Shown here: positions 12,990-24,458 of the stretch, piece by piece | Position numbering within the stretch: the first letter of the stretch is position 1 | Layout: each line of letters opens with the position of its first letter | Source of the DNA: Botryllus schlosseri | Lineage: Eukaryota | DNA: 64,000 nt | NCBI GenBank assembly: GCA_051294905.1 | Contig: CM119372.1 | Span: 28,150,001 to 28,214,000, forward strand | Direction of reading: 5' to 3' | Translations under genes and position numbers: made by a program | Notes under the pieces: model-generated | Seen by the model: the letters and a program-made list of their open reading frames with translations, nothing else | What the model was told of the DNA's origin: nothing | Databases searched by the model: none

Positions 12990-14534
12990 TTACAATTTTT
13001 CGACTAGTATATGGATCCCAGTCGTTGAGCGCAATATAACAGTATCCTCTATTTTCGGAGGAGGATAATTTGTGTCAACGGTGAACTTGAATTTCGTCAA
13101 TGCAATCGCCAGCAGTACTTTCATCTCGTTCATTGCGAAATTCTGTCCAATGCAATTCCTCGGACCTGATGAGAACGGGACATATGCATGAGGGGATCTC
13201 CCTGTCATGTTTTCGGGATCAAATCGCTCAGGATCAAAAACCTCCGGATTATTCCATAATTGAGGATTGCGGTGAAGTGCAAATATCCGTACAAGTAACC
13301 TCGTGTCCTTTGGAAAGACCTTTTGACTTGCAACATCAGTTTCAGTACTGAAGTCGCTCAAGCCAAATCCGCGGGGCATTATTGTAGATTGATTTGTCTC
13401 CCTTATCACTCCAGCAACGGGTGGGAAAAGACGCATGCTTTCTTTGATGAACTTGGTGAGATGAGTGAACTTCGGCAAATGGGACCAATCCACGCGCTCT
13501 GCGCCACTTAATACGCGGACTACTTCGTCCCGGCACCTCTCCTGTTGGTCTGGGTATAAAGCTAGATTGTAAAATGCCCACGATATCCCACTTGTCACGG
13601 TGTCATGCCCTTCGAATACAAATGTATCAAGCTCGTCTCGAATCTCTTTGTGAGATAATCCCCTGCTCTCGTCGTCTTTCGCCATCAATAATACGTCGAG
13701 GAAGTCATATTCTTTCGATGGTTTGTAATCGGTGTTCAGATTTATTTCACTGACTCTTTCGCTGATGACTTTCTCGGTAAAATCGTGAGCAATTTTCAGC
13801 TCTCTTCGGTAGTGTCTTCCTGCAGAGCTGAGGAAATATAGGATGTCCATGTGGTGGAAAGGGTTGTGATATCTTTTTACTATTGCCCGGGTGATATGCT
13901 TCACAGCTTTCAAATACCTTTTCACCTCATCAGTTTGACAGCCCGATGTTTTTGAGAACAGACATCGCAATAAATTATCAAGCGTCGCTGAACTGACTTC
14001 TTCAAACATTTCGATGCTCCTGGATGTAGAGCTTCCCATATCTGATATCCATCTATCCGTCATATCCATCGCTACATCGTTAGTGCAAGGCAGATATCTT
14101 TTTAGATATTCGAAGTGAAATACAGGTGTTAGTAATCTCCTGTTGCGCCTCCACTTTTCTCCGTTAGCGCTGAGTAAGCCATCGCCTATCCACGAGCGAA
14201 AAAACTTGAAGTTCATCTTCGGTGTGTTAGTACTTAAAAGTGCCTTTGCGCTGTCGGAATGATGCCCGGCTACGGACAATCTAAAGGGTCCAAACCTTCT
14301 TTGATAACATGTTGAGTACTTGTTGACGGTATCGATCTCATTCTTTAATCCCTGCTCGTCTGCAGAAAAATATTTTGCGTTCCCATAAAACCAGTGACGA
14401 TGTTCACACGGAATATCCCGAACTGCATCACTTCTTTGGCGGTGTAACACAACTTCTTCAAAAATTCGACCACTAAGACGATGGAAAATCGCGAAAACTA
14501 AACCCAATGAGGCAATGACTAAAAACATATACAT
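12990..14534 (-). CDS. Cytochrome P450, CYP4 family (CYP4F/4B-like), intronless, 514 aa, intact
   Basis: Single open frame with an N-terminal membrane anchor, WxxxR (WRRNRR), I-helix FEGHDT (CYP4 signature), ExxR (KESMR), PERF and heme motif [10 protein letters not shown]. Confidence 0.96.
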   Translation of the reverse strand: MYMFLVIASLGLVFAIFHRLSGRIFEEVVLHRQRSDAVRDIPCEHRHWFYGNAKYFSADEQGLKNEIDTVNKYSTCYQRRFGPFRLSVAGHHSDSAKALLSTNTPKMNFKFFRSWIGDGLLSANGEKWRRNRRLLTPVFHFEYLKRYLPCTNDVAMDMTDRWISDMGSSTSRSIEMFEEVSSATLDNLLRCLFSKTSGCQTDEVKRYLKAVKHITRAIVKRYHNPFHHMDILYFLSSAGRHYRRELKIAHDFTEKVISERVSEINLNTDYKPSKEYDFLDVLLMAKDDESRGLSHKEIRDELDTFVFEGHDTVTSGISWAFYNLALYPDQQERCRDEVVRVLSGAERVDWSHLPKFTHLTKFIKESMRLFPPVAGVIRETNQSTIMPRGFGLSDFSTETDVASQKVFPKDTRLLVRIFALHRNPQLWNNPEVFDPERFDPENMTGRSPHAYVPFSSGPRNCIGQNFAMNEMKVLLAIALTKFKFTVDTNYPPPKIEDTVILRSTTGIHILVEKL

Positions 14535-14654
14535 ATCTGCACATGCTGCATATAAACTGATATTACAGCTTCAGCCTCTCTATATGTTTGTGTGGCTCAG
14601 GGGTCAGTTAAGTAAATTGTGGTAAATTATTAACCATAGGAATATGCTGCCTAT

Positions 14655-17600
14655 TAGGGATGGTGTAAACGTGAGGTTCAAGTTCGCATTCTGTGTGTGA
14701 ACCTCAGAAATTCAGAAGTCCAAATTCATAAACGAGACTTGGTAGGTTCTGCACAGTAAACCTTTTACATATATTACAATTTACACGTCATTATACCATA
14801 CACCAATGGTTCCCAACCCTTTTCGTCTCTTGGACTCCTTTGGCGGTTGGGAACCACTGCCATACACCATCTTTGGTTGAAATTCCCTGCATTTAAACTT
14901 CGGGCCACTCTATAGTCCAGCGAGGTCTCAAACACGCGGCCCTCGAGAGCATTTTGTGCGGCCCGCGACGGCATTTTGGAATTTCAAGTCGTCAACAATA
15001 TATTTAAGAGCCATATATCTTTTTTAGGTATAAGAACTTGAAGTTCACGCAAAAATTACTATAAAAATTACTGAAATCCCAACAAACATCACTATCACAT
15101 CACTTTCAAAAGCTACCATGCGGTAGAAGATCAGCTATTACGTCACATTTCTAGTTCATGATGATAAAACATGACCCGTTGATGATTCGCGACTAAAAAT
15201 TGTGATTTGGTTTGGTGCGACCTTCTCGTAAAATTACTTGATTTCGGATTGACTCGGTGATTAAATAAAAATGACTCGAGTTGAGTCGGGTCAAACGCTG
15301 AAATCGGAGAAGGACTTGCGACTCGGAATGGGGACTTGGTAATTTTACGGACGCATCAATCTATGCAACTTTCATGGGGAATAGTAATATATCAAATGGT
15401 TGTAGCTTTCGTTGCGTAGGGTATATAGATATTTAATCAGGTCAGTATGGCAACCATGGATATTCTGTTATCCCCGTGACGTATATAGTTTGTAACATGT
15501 TGTATGTTGTTTTTCTCTTCATCCATGTTATTATCGGAGGCGAGTAAGGTGGTAGACGCTGTACAGCGGTAACACCAACGAATTCTTCGCCGATTGGACA
15601 TTTCTATTCCAGGGGCTCTTAACCAGGGTCCGTAGACCCCATCGGGGTACAAAGCACCACGTCAGAGAGTAGGAGATGCATTGTAGAATTTGTAGGCCCA
15701 TGTGATATGGAATATTTTTTGGCCAATTTATTCAACTGGAAAACAATCTTCGCGCTGCGCGCGATTTTGTGAGTGGGCTTTCTGATTTAAATAGGTACCA
15801 TCAGAAATAGTGTTGAAAATGGTTAGGGGCTACGAGAAATCCTATTGCAAGCACAAGGGGTACGATCACTAAAAGGTTAAGAAGCAATGCTATGGCTCAA
15901 TAATGAGTGTATTTAAGTTGTTATTGATATATTGAAGGCAAAATCTTACGCTGATTTAATTTGTGTTTGGCAATGACAGTAACAATAGCTTATACTTACC
16001 ACGACGATATCAAAACCATAGGATTAGGCTAAACCGCTCAAATGCTCTGATATCAGATCAATCTTCAGTATATTTTAAAATAGTCTGCATAAAGTTGTTG
16101 CTCGTCATAGGTCCACTAGTTGCAATATTATAACCCGACAGTTTTACGAGGTCATGATGCATCCTCTCACATGATGTCTATAACTCGTTAATTAAAAAAA
16201 TTCTGCCCGGCACAAAAACAATTTTATTCAAATATTGGAAAATGGGATTTTTTATTCGTGTCAAGCGTTAGTAGTACAATAGTAAATTACATTTCCACGA
16301 TGTTTGTGCAATGCCTGTCTGCAAAGTCCCGTCAAATAAGGCCATTAAATATCACTATCATGGATGCTGCGGCCCGCGGCGACATCAAAACTAGGAAATT
16401 GGCCCGCGAGCACATTTGAGTTTGAGACCTCTGCTATAGTCTATACATGGCTTTGTTACAAAAGTTTGCTCGAAATTTCCAGCTTTCCGTTGGTGAATGT
16501 TTAGTGACTATCTGCTGTGGGCTATAGCCAAAGTTACACAATTTCAAGAGAGAAATAGGCCACATGTAGGCAGTCAGACAATAATGCTTATTCAATCAAT
16601 CAATGCAATTGACATAAAGAATACATCGTTGTCTAATATAAAATATCTAGCAGGCGCACGGGATCAATCTTGATTTTATTTGTATCCTAAAAAGACAAAC
16701 CCGTGCTATCGGGGGGTTGGCTACAATATAACTTGTTAATGGGGTGATATCGGAAGCAAGTATAGAAATCCATTTTACACACTGCTCAATATCAATGTAG
16801 CTATAGTCAGACACCGAATACATTGTCCGGTCTGGCATGGACCGTTAAGGCGTAAGCTTGCAAGACCTCGTCGAAATTGTTGGAAAAGCGACGGAAGATA
16901 TTGATTTTATGGGAATATTATATCATTTGATTTCTCTAGTTCAGGGGTGTCAAACTCAACTTGCGTCGCGGGCCGGATTCAAACCTTCAGATCTCTCGCG
17001 GGCCGGACCAGTCAAATTATTTCAAATTGATACCTCAAAATCTGTGCCCATGTTTTCATATGAATACTTTATCATCAAGACCGTGTACCTGATAGTAGAT
17101 TATGTTATGTTACGGATCATAGGGATTCGTTTCTTGTAAGACCTTTATTGGGAAACAATCGATTTAGCAAAAGTACGGTGATTGACCGCTGGAATTGCAG
17201 TGTGAACCTTTAAAACAGTGGCTCTATCGACGATTCACGCTGTCATATCTCTATGCTACCTTTGTTTTGGCTGTAATCTGGCGTTAGCCCTGGGTTGGGT
17301 GTATATGCGCTGTGAGTAACACAATAGAGATTTATCTCTAGTATACCCGCACGTTGGAATTTGGTTCATCAGTATTAATTCGCGATTCGGGTTTATGTGG
17401 AGGCCGGGGAACTTTCGTGTCCAAACTAATACAGACGTGACTATTTTGTTTTCACTGTAGCCTGCATATAACTGTTTCGCATTGCCGGTTTCGCTTCTAA
17501 GAAGAACTCCCTTTCGGAATCGGGTGTCAATATCAGCGACTTGGTTCCTAATGATGACTGGAATGAAACCATATTACCGCTGTCGGATGGTTATACTATG

Positions 17601-18170
17601 AACATTAAACATAAATCAACATTTGCTGCCACGAAGTTTTTCGATGATAATTCTTGGATTATCCACCAATCAAGGATAATCACAGAATCATCGAATAAAA
17701 ACTGAAATAACTCCGCTTCTACGGCTTGGAATTGAGTCAAATTTGTTTCGCATGGTTTTTGAAGACAGCCCAACAATTTCATGGGGTTGGCAGAAAAATT
17801 TGGAAAAAAAAATTGTTTGCGTTTTTGGGCAAATTCAAAATTTTCAAACTCTACGTAACCCGCGAATATTGGTTGGAATGAATTCAAATTTGGTGTGCGT
17901 CGTTTTTAAGGCAACCTAACGATTTAATCACGTAGCCAGAAAGATTCATGAAAAAAGGTTATTTTTGAACAGCCCTAGTGTACATAAATATATCACTTCA
18001 CGGAAATGTAGGGTTGGAATTAGCGATATGGCGTCATGTGACTTCATAGGTTCACGTTCGCGTTCACGCAGAACCTTTCAAAGAGGTTGGGATCACAATA
18101 ACCTAAACCGGGGCCTACGATAAGTATCGTAGGCCCCACCTGAACCTTTCACGGGTTGTCACCATCCCTA
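14655..18170. mobile_element. tagggatgg-TIR MITE expanded to 3.5 kb by nested insertions, just upstream of the intact CYP4
   Basis: TIR tagggatggtgtaaac / gtcaccatcccta; TSD CTGCCTAT/CTGCCTAC; internal pieces collinear with 4915-5891. Confidence 0.85.
14918..16433. mobile_element. Non-autonomous hAT element nested in 14655-18170
   Basis: Ends cagcgaggtctcaaac / gtttgagacctctg; perfect 8-bp TSD CTATAGTC; ggcccgcg subterminal motifs; contains a further MITE at ~15610-15889. Confidence 0.85.
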
Positions 18171-18371
18171 CTGCCTACCACCAGAAAGGCACCGTAAGGC
18201 AAACATTCGCGCGATTGAAGTAAATTCTATGGAGGGTGTGAACGTGAGAGGTTCACGTTCACATTCTGTGTGTGAACCTCTGGAATTTGGAGGTTCACGT
18301 TCACAAACGAACCTTTGTAGGTTGTGCCCTATGAACCCTTTCCATGTAGTACAATTTTCACGTCGCTATAA

Positions 18372-18575
18372 CGTCTGTTGTTTGTTTTACTCATGGTGTT
18401 TGTCGAATACTATGGCCATTCACATCAGGACGATAATCTTCATTTTTATTCCGTATCTGCCGACTTGTAGCACGGCCCACTTCTAGGCTTTTATAAGACC
18501 ACCGCTTACACGGATGAGATGGTGAGGAGGAGCCTAGATAAACCATCAACACTTAGGAAGGAATTCTGTAGTCTT
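18372..18575 (-). mobile_element. tRNA-derived SINE family A, 5'-truncated copy
   Basis: Reverse complement of the 3' two-thirds of 42385-42667 and 52710-53013 (tagaagtgggccgtgctacaag..gacaaacaccatga, caa tail). Confidence 0.8.
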
Positions 18576-18742
18576 CTGTTGTGGGTCTGTCCTATAATTA
18601 CACACACAGATAGACAATTCATCATGTTATAATTTAGTATCGAACATATTGATGGTGCTTGATGATTTATTGCGATTTCCACAAGTCTACGACTACAGCC
18701 ATGAAATGATCATATCAATGTCATATCGATCACGAGTATAGT

Positions 18743-19327
18743 CATAGTGTCCTATATGGTGTCGACACAAGCAAATCTCACGGCTCAGTGAAATTGTATC
18801 ACGTCACAATTTGCATTTGGCTACAGGCAATTTGACGGTCTATTTTGACCGGCTTGCCGAGCATTAAATTTGATAAAACGGGTATCAATCGAAAGCTGAC
18901 TCTGCACTGATTACGAAAATATAAATTTTATTCTGCTCGCGGCCCTGGGACCCCCACAATCAGCCTCGAATTTTTCATTGTTATGGAGATTGGCATTGGG
19001 ACGCAACAATGCTGACCGCTCTTTTTCTCTTGAGCTACTCTCTCGTTTCACCAGACAGCATTGTTGCGTCCCAATGCCAATCTCCATAACAATGAAAAAT
19101 TTGAGGCTGATTGTGGGGGTCCCAGGGCCGCGAGCAGAATAAAATTTATATTTTCGTAATCAGTGCAGAGTCAGCTTTCGATTGATACCCGTTTTATCAA
19201 ATTTAATGCTCGGCAAGCCGGTCAAAAATGACCGTCAAATTGCCTGTAGCCAAATGCAAATTGTGACGTGATACAATTTCACTGAGCCGTGAGATTTGCT
19301 TGTGTCGACACCATATAGGACACTATG
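18743..19327. mobile_element. Fold-back (palindromic) MITE, P-superfamily-like
   Basis: 272-bp arms (18743-19014 and 19056-19327) with about 3 mismatches and a 41-nt spacer; termini CATAG...CTATG; 7-bp flanks GTATAGT/GTATAGC. Confidence 0.85.
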
Positions 19328-19374
19328 GTATAGCCTTATACGTAATCTATATGTAGTTTCAATATATAATGAAG

Positions 19375-20028
19375 TTATAATATTCCACTAGTATATGGAT
19401 CCCCGTCTTTGAGCGCAATATTACAGAATGCTTCATTTTCGGAGGAGGATAACTTGTATCAACGGTGAGCTTGAACTTCGTCAATGCAATCGCCAGCAGT
19501 TCTTTCATCTCGTTCATTGCGAAATTCTGTCCGATGCAATTCCTCGGGCCTGATGAGAACGGGACAAACGCATGAGGTGATCTCCCTTTCCTATTCTCCG
19601 GGTCAAATCGCTCAGGATCAAAAACTTCTGGATTCTTCCATAATTCAGGATGGCGGTGCAATGCAAAAATCCGTACAGTAGGCGAAAAAACGGAAAGTCC
19701 ATCTTCGGTGTGTTAGTGCTTAAAAGTGCTTTTGCGCTGTCTGAATGATGCCCGGTTACTGATAATCTAAAAAGTCCAAACCATTCTTGATAGCAGTTTG
19801 AGTAGCTACTTGTTGACTGTATTGATCTCGTTCTTTATTTCCTGCTCGTCTTCAGAAAAATATGTTCCGTTTCCATCAAACCAGGGGCGATGTTCACAAG
19901 GAATATCTCGAACCACATCATTTCTTTGGCGGTGTAATACAACTTCTTCATAAATTTTACCAATCATACGAAGGAAAAACGCGAAATGTAAACCCACCCA
20001 GTGATGCAATGACTAAAAACATATACAT
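19375..20028 (-). pseudogene. CYP4 paralogue 2 pseudogene with ~0.9 kb internal deletion
   Basis: The N-terminal part (20028-19681) is fused directly to the C-terminal [14 protein letters not shown] part (19680-19375); I and K helices are missing; frameshifts and stops are present. Confidence 0.9.
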
Positions 20029-21050
20029 ATCTCCACCTGTAACATGTAAACTGGTATTATATAGCTTTTGCCTCTTTATGTTCATATAGTGTCAGTTCAG
20101 TAAATTTTGTAATTTATGAACTGAAAGTCGACGGGAGCATGCTGCATACCACCAGAAGACTATATTATCCTCTCGTACTATAAACATTCGCGCTATTGCT
20201 GTATATGCCATTAGTCGTTTAATGAACACTTTTATTGTTGAATGCGTCGATATGTTAGATTTGACAGGCTTCACAGCTTCCGTATCGCGATGTTATGCTA
20301 CCTAACGCATATTTAATGTTCACACCACCGACTGCATGTGCTATTCAACAAATACAAGAAGTTTTTACTTCCCTCCATTATATTTTTGGATCGTCCGTAA
20401 TATTGTAACTTGACTCCCTAATTGTTCAACAGGTACCAAAACTCTGTGGAGTAGGGGTTTGGAATGCTTACGTGCCATATAAGGATCTTTTAATGATATG
20501 ACATGCCTCTATGATATATATGTAATTTTATAGTTAATTCGCATGTTAAATATTAGTCTTGCCGCCACTTTGTGGTAAATTTTGATTGCGGACGGAATCA
20601 TCATTCGCATCGCATCGCACGCCTATATTGAAATCTTGTATTGCAGGATGCGTTGATTGTTTAATGATTGTTCAGAGAGCAAAGCCGACATGGCGACGCC
20701 GGTATAGGACAATTCATTTTTATCAAATTCAAATTGTCTTCCTGGTCATCGACCAGAAATGAACTCCCTTGGAAATGACGTACCCAATTACAAATGCAAC
20801 CCGCAGACATAGCCATCCGCATTCAAGATTGCTGGATAGCTTGCTGCTACAACGTTATGTAAGAACCGAAGGATTTGCAAATTGGGTAACCTAGTAAAGT
20901 TAACCAAGTCAGTCATTCACTAATTGTACGTTTCACTGATCCTCCATTGTTACATCACAAATATATTGACTACAAACGAAATGATCACAGCTTACCTGGT
21001 CGTTAGTGGTAAGTAGATTAATCTGATAGCAACATATCTGCTTCTTAGAC

Positions 21051-22126
21051 CAGTGGTTCTCAACCGCCGGTCCGCGACGACATTCCTGCCGGTCCGCCAG
21101 GTATATTACAATTTTATACTTTAATTTCAAGATGCAATGTCGAAGGCTTGTCCATTGATAAAGTAAATGAAACATCAAATTTGAAACTTTTTCCAACATT
21201 TTTCACTTTCCTTTCGCGCTTTGCACGATTTAGTGTCCCTAAATGTCTTGCTGATTAGGTGCCCTTCTCCGAGAAATACGCATGATTTATATGCATTTCG
21301 GCGTCAGCCATTACCGCGCCATGACGTACCAACACATAATGAAGTTTAGGTTAACATGGGACTCCGAACGGTGGGCCAAAAATTCGGCCGCGAGAAAACC
21401 GCTTCAGTCATGAATGATCGAAAATTTTCGCTATTGGCGCGATTAAGCTACGTGAACTCTCTGCCTACGCTGAGTAGAATCGATGTGCTCATGAGTACAG
21501 GTGAAAACATCCACCCAACTGTAGGGTCTGGGGGCGAAGCCTCCGGAATTTTGGCTTATCGACCTGTGGGGGCCCCAATACCAATGTTTTCGGGGGTGGG
21601 CTGACGAAGTGTTTTTTCGGTCCGGAATTGCGGATGGCGGGTATAGCTGCTGTAATGTGTTTTCTTGCGGCAAGCATTGCATACGTAGTTGCCAGAGTAG
21701 CCCGCGTCTGGTGGCAGTGGACAATGAGCAAGGTAGCTTGACAAGGTGCTTGGTTCGACTCCGATTCGTTTCTTCTCTCGATATTGTCAAAGAGAAGAAT
21801 ATTATTAGTGTTGGCGTGGTCGGTTAAATCCACGGCCTTCGGCGCGAAAGACTGTAAATGACTCTCGGCGGAAGCACGTTTATCTGAACAGGGCAATTTT
21901 ACCTCGACTCGGCAGACTCACCACCATAAAAGCACATAGATGCAATCATGAATCTAATTAAATACGATCAAAACCCTCTAAATGTCACTCTCTAGCACCA
22001 TATAATGCAAAAAACGGTTGCATACTTTACATTTTGGCTTCATTTCAATTTTGAAAGTTCACCGGTCCGCCAGACATTTTTTTAAATTTTACCGGTCCGC
22101 GAGGTGAAAAAGGTTGAGAACCACTG
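21051..22126. mobile_element. Non-autonomous hAT (Buster-like) element
   Basis: TIR cagtggttctcaacc / ggttgagaaccactg; perfect 8-bp TSD TCTTAGAC. Confidence 0.9.
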
Positions 22127-22436
22127 TCTTAGACGGCTCAGTTCTTACATTGCGCAGTGCTCACCTTTACGGACTCTCTCTCTTATGATTTCAATCGAAC
22201 GAATACAGTTTATGACTTTATCTTAACACGGATGTGTAGATGCGGGTATAGTGTATTTTACCATATCAATTTATTTCAACTTCTCCACTCTCGAGGCTTC
22301 GTATTCGATCCTGTGTTTTGGCTGATAATAACAGACTATAGCGTTGGAGCTAGAGAAGCGGCCAACCTGTGGTCCGTGGGCCACATGTTGCCCGCAAAGT
22401 AATTTTCAAAATTAGTCATAGTATCAAAAAAAAAAT

Positions 22437-22585
22437 AGGACACGGCTAACACGGATGAGATGGCGAGGAGGAGCCTAGATAAACATCCAACATTTAGGTA
22501 GGAATTCTGGAGTCGACCTCGGTCGGACTCGAGCCCGCAACCCATTGATGTTGCAGCTGTGGAATATACCACAACACTACGTTGT
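22437..22585 (-). mobile_element. tRNA-derived SINE family A, 5' half
   Basis: Reverse complement of the head of 42385-42667 (cagctgcaaca..atgggttgcggg..cgagtccga..gaattcctacc). Confidence 0.75.
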
Positions 22586-22679
22586 GAAGTTCTTTATCAT
22601 AAGTTCGTTTAGGTAACTGAAGACAGACGAATGAACAGCAAAAATGACATATATTACACAGCTTATATCGAAAATGGCA

Positions 22680-24458
22680 TTATATTTTCTCCGCCAACAA
22701 ATGAACCCCTATTGCTGAGCGCGCAATATAATAAAAAGATCCAATCTCGTTTCCGGATAACGCGTGTCGACGGTGAACTTGAACTTCGTCAAGGCAATAG
22801 CCAGATAGTACTTTCATCTTGTTGATTGCGAAATTCTGTCGGACGCAATTCCTTGAACCTGAGAAGGGCCCATATGCATGGGGTGACCTCCATGCAATAT
22901 TTTCTGGATCGAATCGCTCTGAATCAAAAACTGCTCGATTCCCCAATAATTGAGGATTGCGATGCAATGATAATAGCCGTACTGTTAGCCTCGTACCTCG
23001 TACTCACGTCATTTTCTGCACTTAAGTCGTTAGAGTCGAATCCACGAGGCAATACGTAGATTGACTTGCCATTCTTGTGACTCCAACAACGGGTGATAAA
23101 AGACGCACACTCTCTTTGAGGAACTTGGTGAGATGACTCAACTTGGGCAAATGGGACCAGTTCACGCGCTCTGCTCCACTCAATACACTGACTACTTCTT
23201 CCCGATACCTCTCCTGGCGGTCTGGGTATGGAGCTAGATTGTAAAATGCCCACGATATCCCTCTTGTCACGGTGTCATGCCCTTCGAATACAAATGTATC
23301 AAGCTCGTCACGAATCTCTTTGTGAGACAATCCCCTGCTCTCGTCGTCTTTCGCCATCAATAGTAGGGCTAGGCCTACGTCAAGGAAGTCGTATTCAGTC
23401 GGTGGTTTGTAATCGGGGAACAGATTTATTACACTGACTCTTTCGTGAATGGTTTTCTCATGAGCGATTTTCAGCTCTCTTTGGTATTGTCTTCTCGGCA
23501 GAGCTGAGAAAATATAGGAAGTCAGTGTGGTACGTGGAATGGATTAAGAACTCTGTCTACTATTGATCGAATAATAAGTTCCACGGGTTTCAAATAACTT
23601 TTCGCCGCACCAGTTTGACATCCCGACGTTTACGAGAACACGCATCGCAATAAATTGTCAAGCGTCGCTCTTCAAACATTTCAATGCTTCTGGATCTAAA
23701 ACTTCCAATATCTGACATCCATCAATCCATCATATCCACCGCTTTGTGCAAGGAAAATATCTTTTTTAATATCCGAAATGAATTACGGGTGTTAGCAATC
23801 GCCTGTTCCGCCTCCACTTTTCTCCATTACTGCTTAGCAAGCCATCGCGAGTGTCACAAAATAACGTAGTTGTATAAGCAGCGGCTACGACGCCAATGGG
23901 TTGTGACTTCGAGTCCGACCCGGCTCCAAAATTCCTACCCAAGTGTTAGAGGTTTATCTTGGCCCCTCCTCGCCATACCATCCGTGTGAGCGGTGTCTTA
24001 TAAAAACTCGGCGGCTTCGGAATAAGAGTAAAGAAAATTGGACTGGTGTAAAGACCATAGCAGTTGATAAACACCATGAATACCACAAACAAATAAAGCA
24101 ACCCGTCGCCTATCCACGGACGCATAAACCGGAAGTCAGTCTTCGGTGTGTTAATGCTTAAAACTTCCTTTGCGCTGTTTGAATGAGGCACGGTTACAGA
24201 TAATCGTAAATGTCCGAACCATCTTCGATAACAATTTTAGTACTTGTTGACTGTAGCGATCCCGTTCTATAATCCCTGCTCGTCTGCAGAAAAATATCTT
24301 CAGTTTCCATAAAAGCAGTGGCGATGTTCACACGGAATGTCACTGACTCCATCTCTTATTTTGCGATTTAATACAACATCTTCGGCAATTTTACTGGTAG
24401 TATGATGCAAAATCGCAAAAACTAGATCCCGTAATGCGATGACTAAAAACATATACAA
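22680..24458 (-). pseudogene. CYP4 paralogue 3 pseudogene, multiply frameshifted and interrupted by a SINE
   Basis: Collinear with 12990-14534 over its whole length (FEGHDT, KESVR, DSERF, decayed FSG-SRNC); many indels; SINE at 23849-24096. Confidence 0.92.
23849..24096 (+). mobile_element. tRNA-derived SINE family A inserted in CYP4 pseudogene 3
   Basis: Homologous to 42385-42667; degenerate 13-bp TSD AGCAAGCCATCGC/AGCAACCCGTCGC derived from the CYP 'GDGLL' codons. Confidence 0.85.

Noticed and set aside
13100..13581. Short ORFs overlapping the CYP4 gene, recurring at 19484-19681 and 22826-23253
   Set aside because: They are antisense or alternative-frame shadows of the conserved CYP coding sequence.
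21356..21896. Cluster of overlapping 60-135-aa ORFs
   Set aside because: This is the GC-richer interior of MITE 21051-22126; no recognisable domain.
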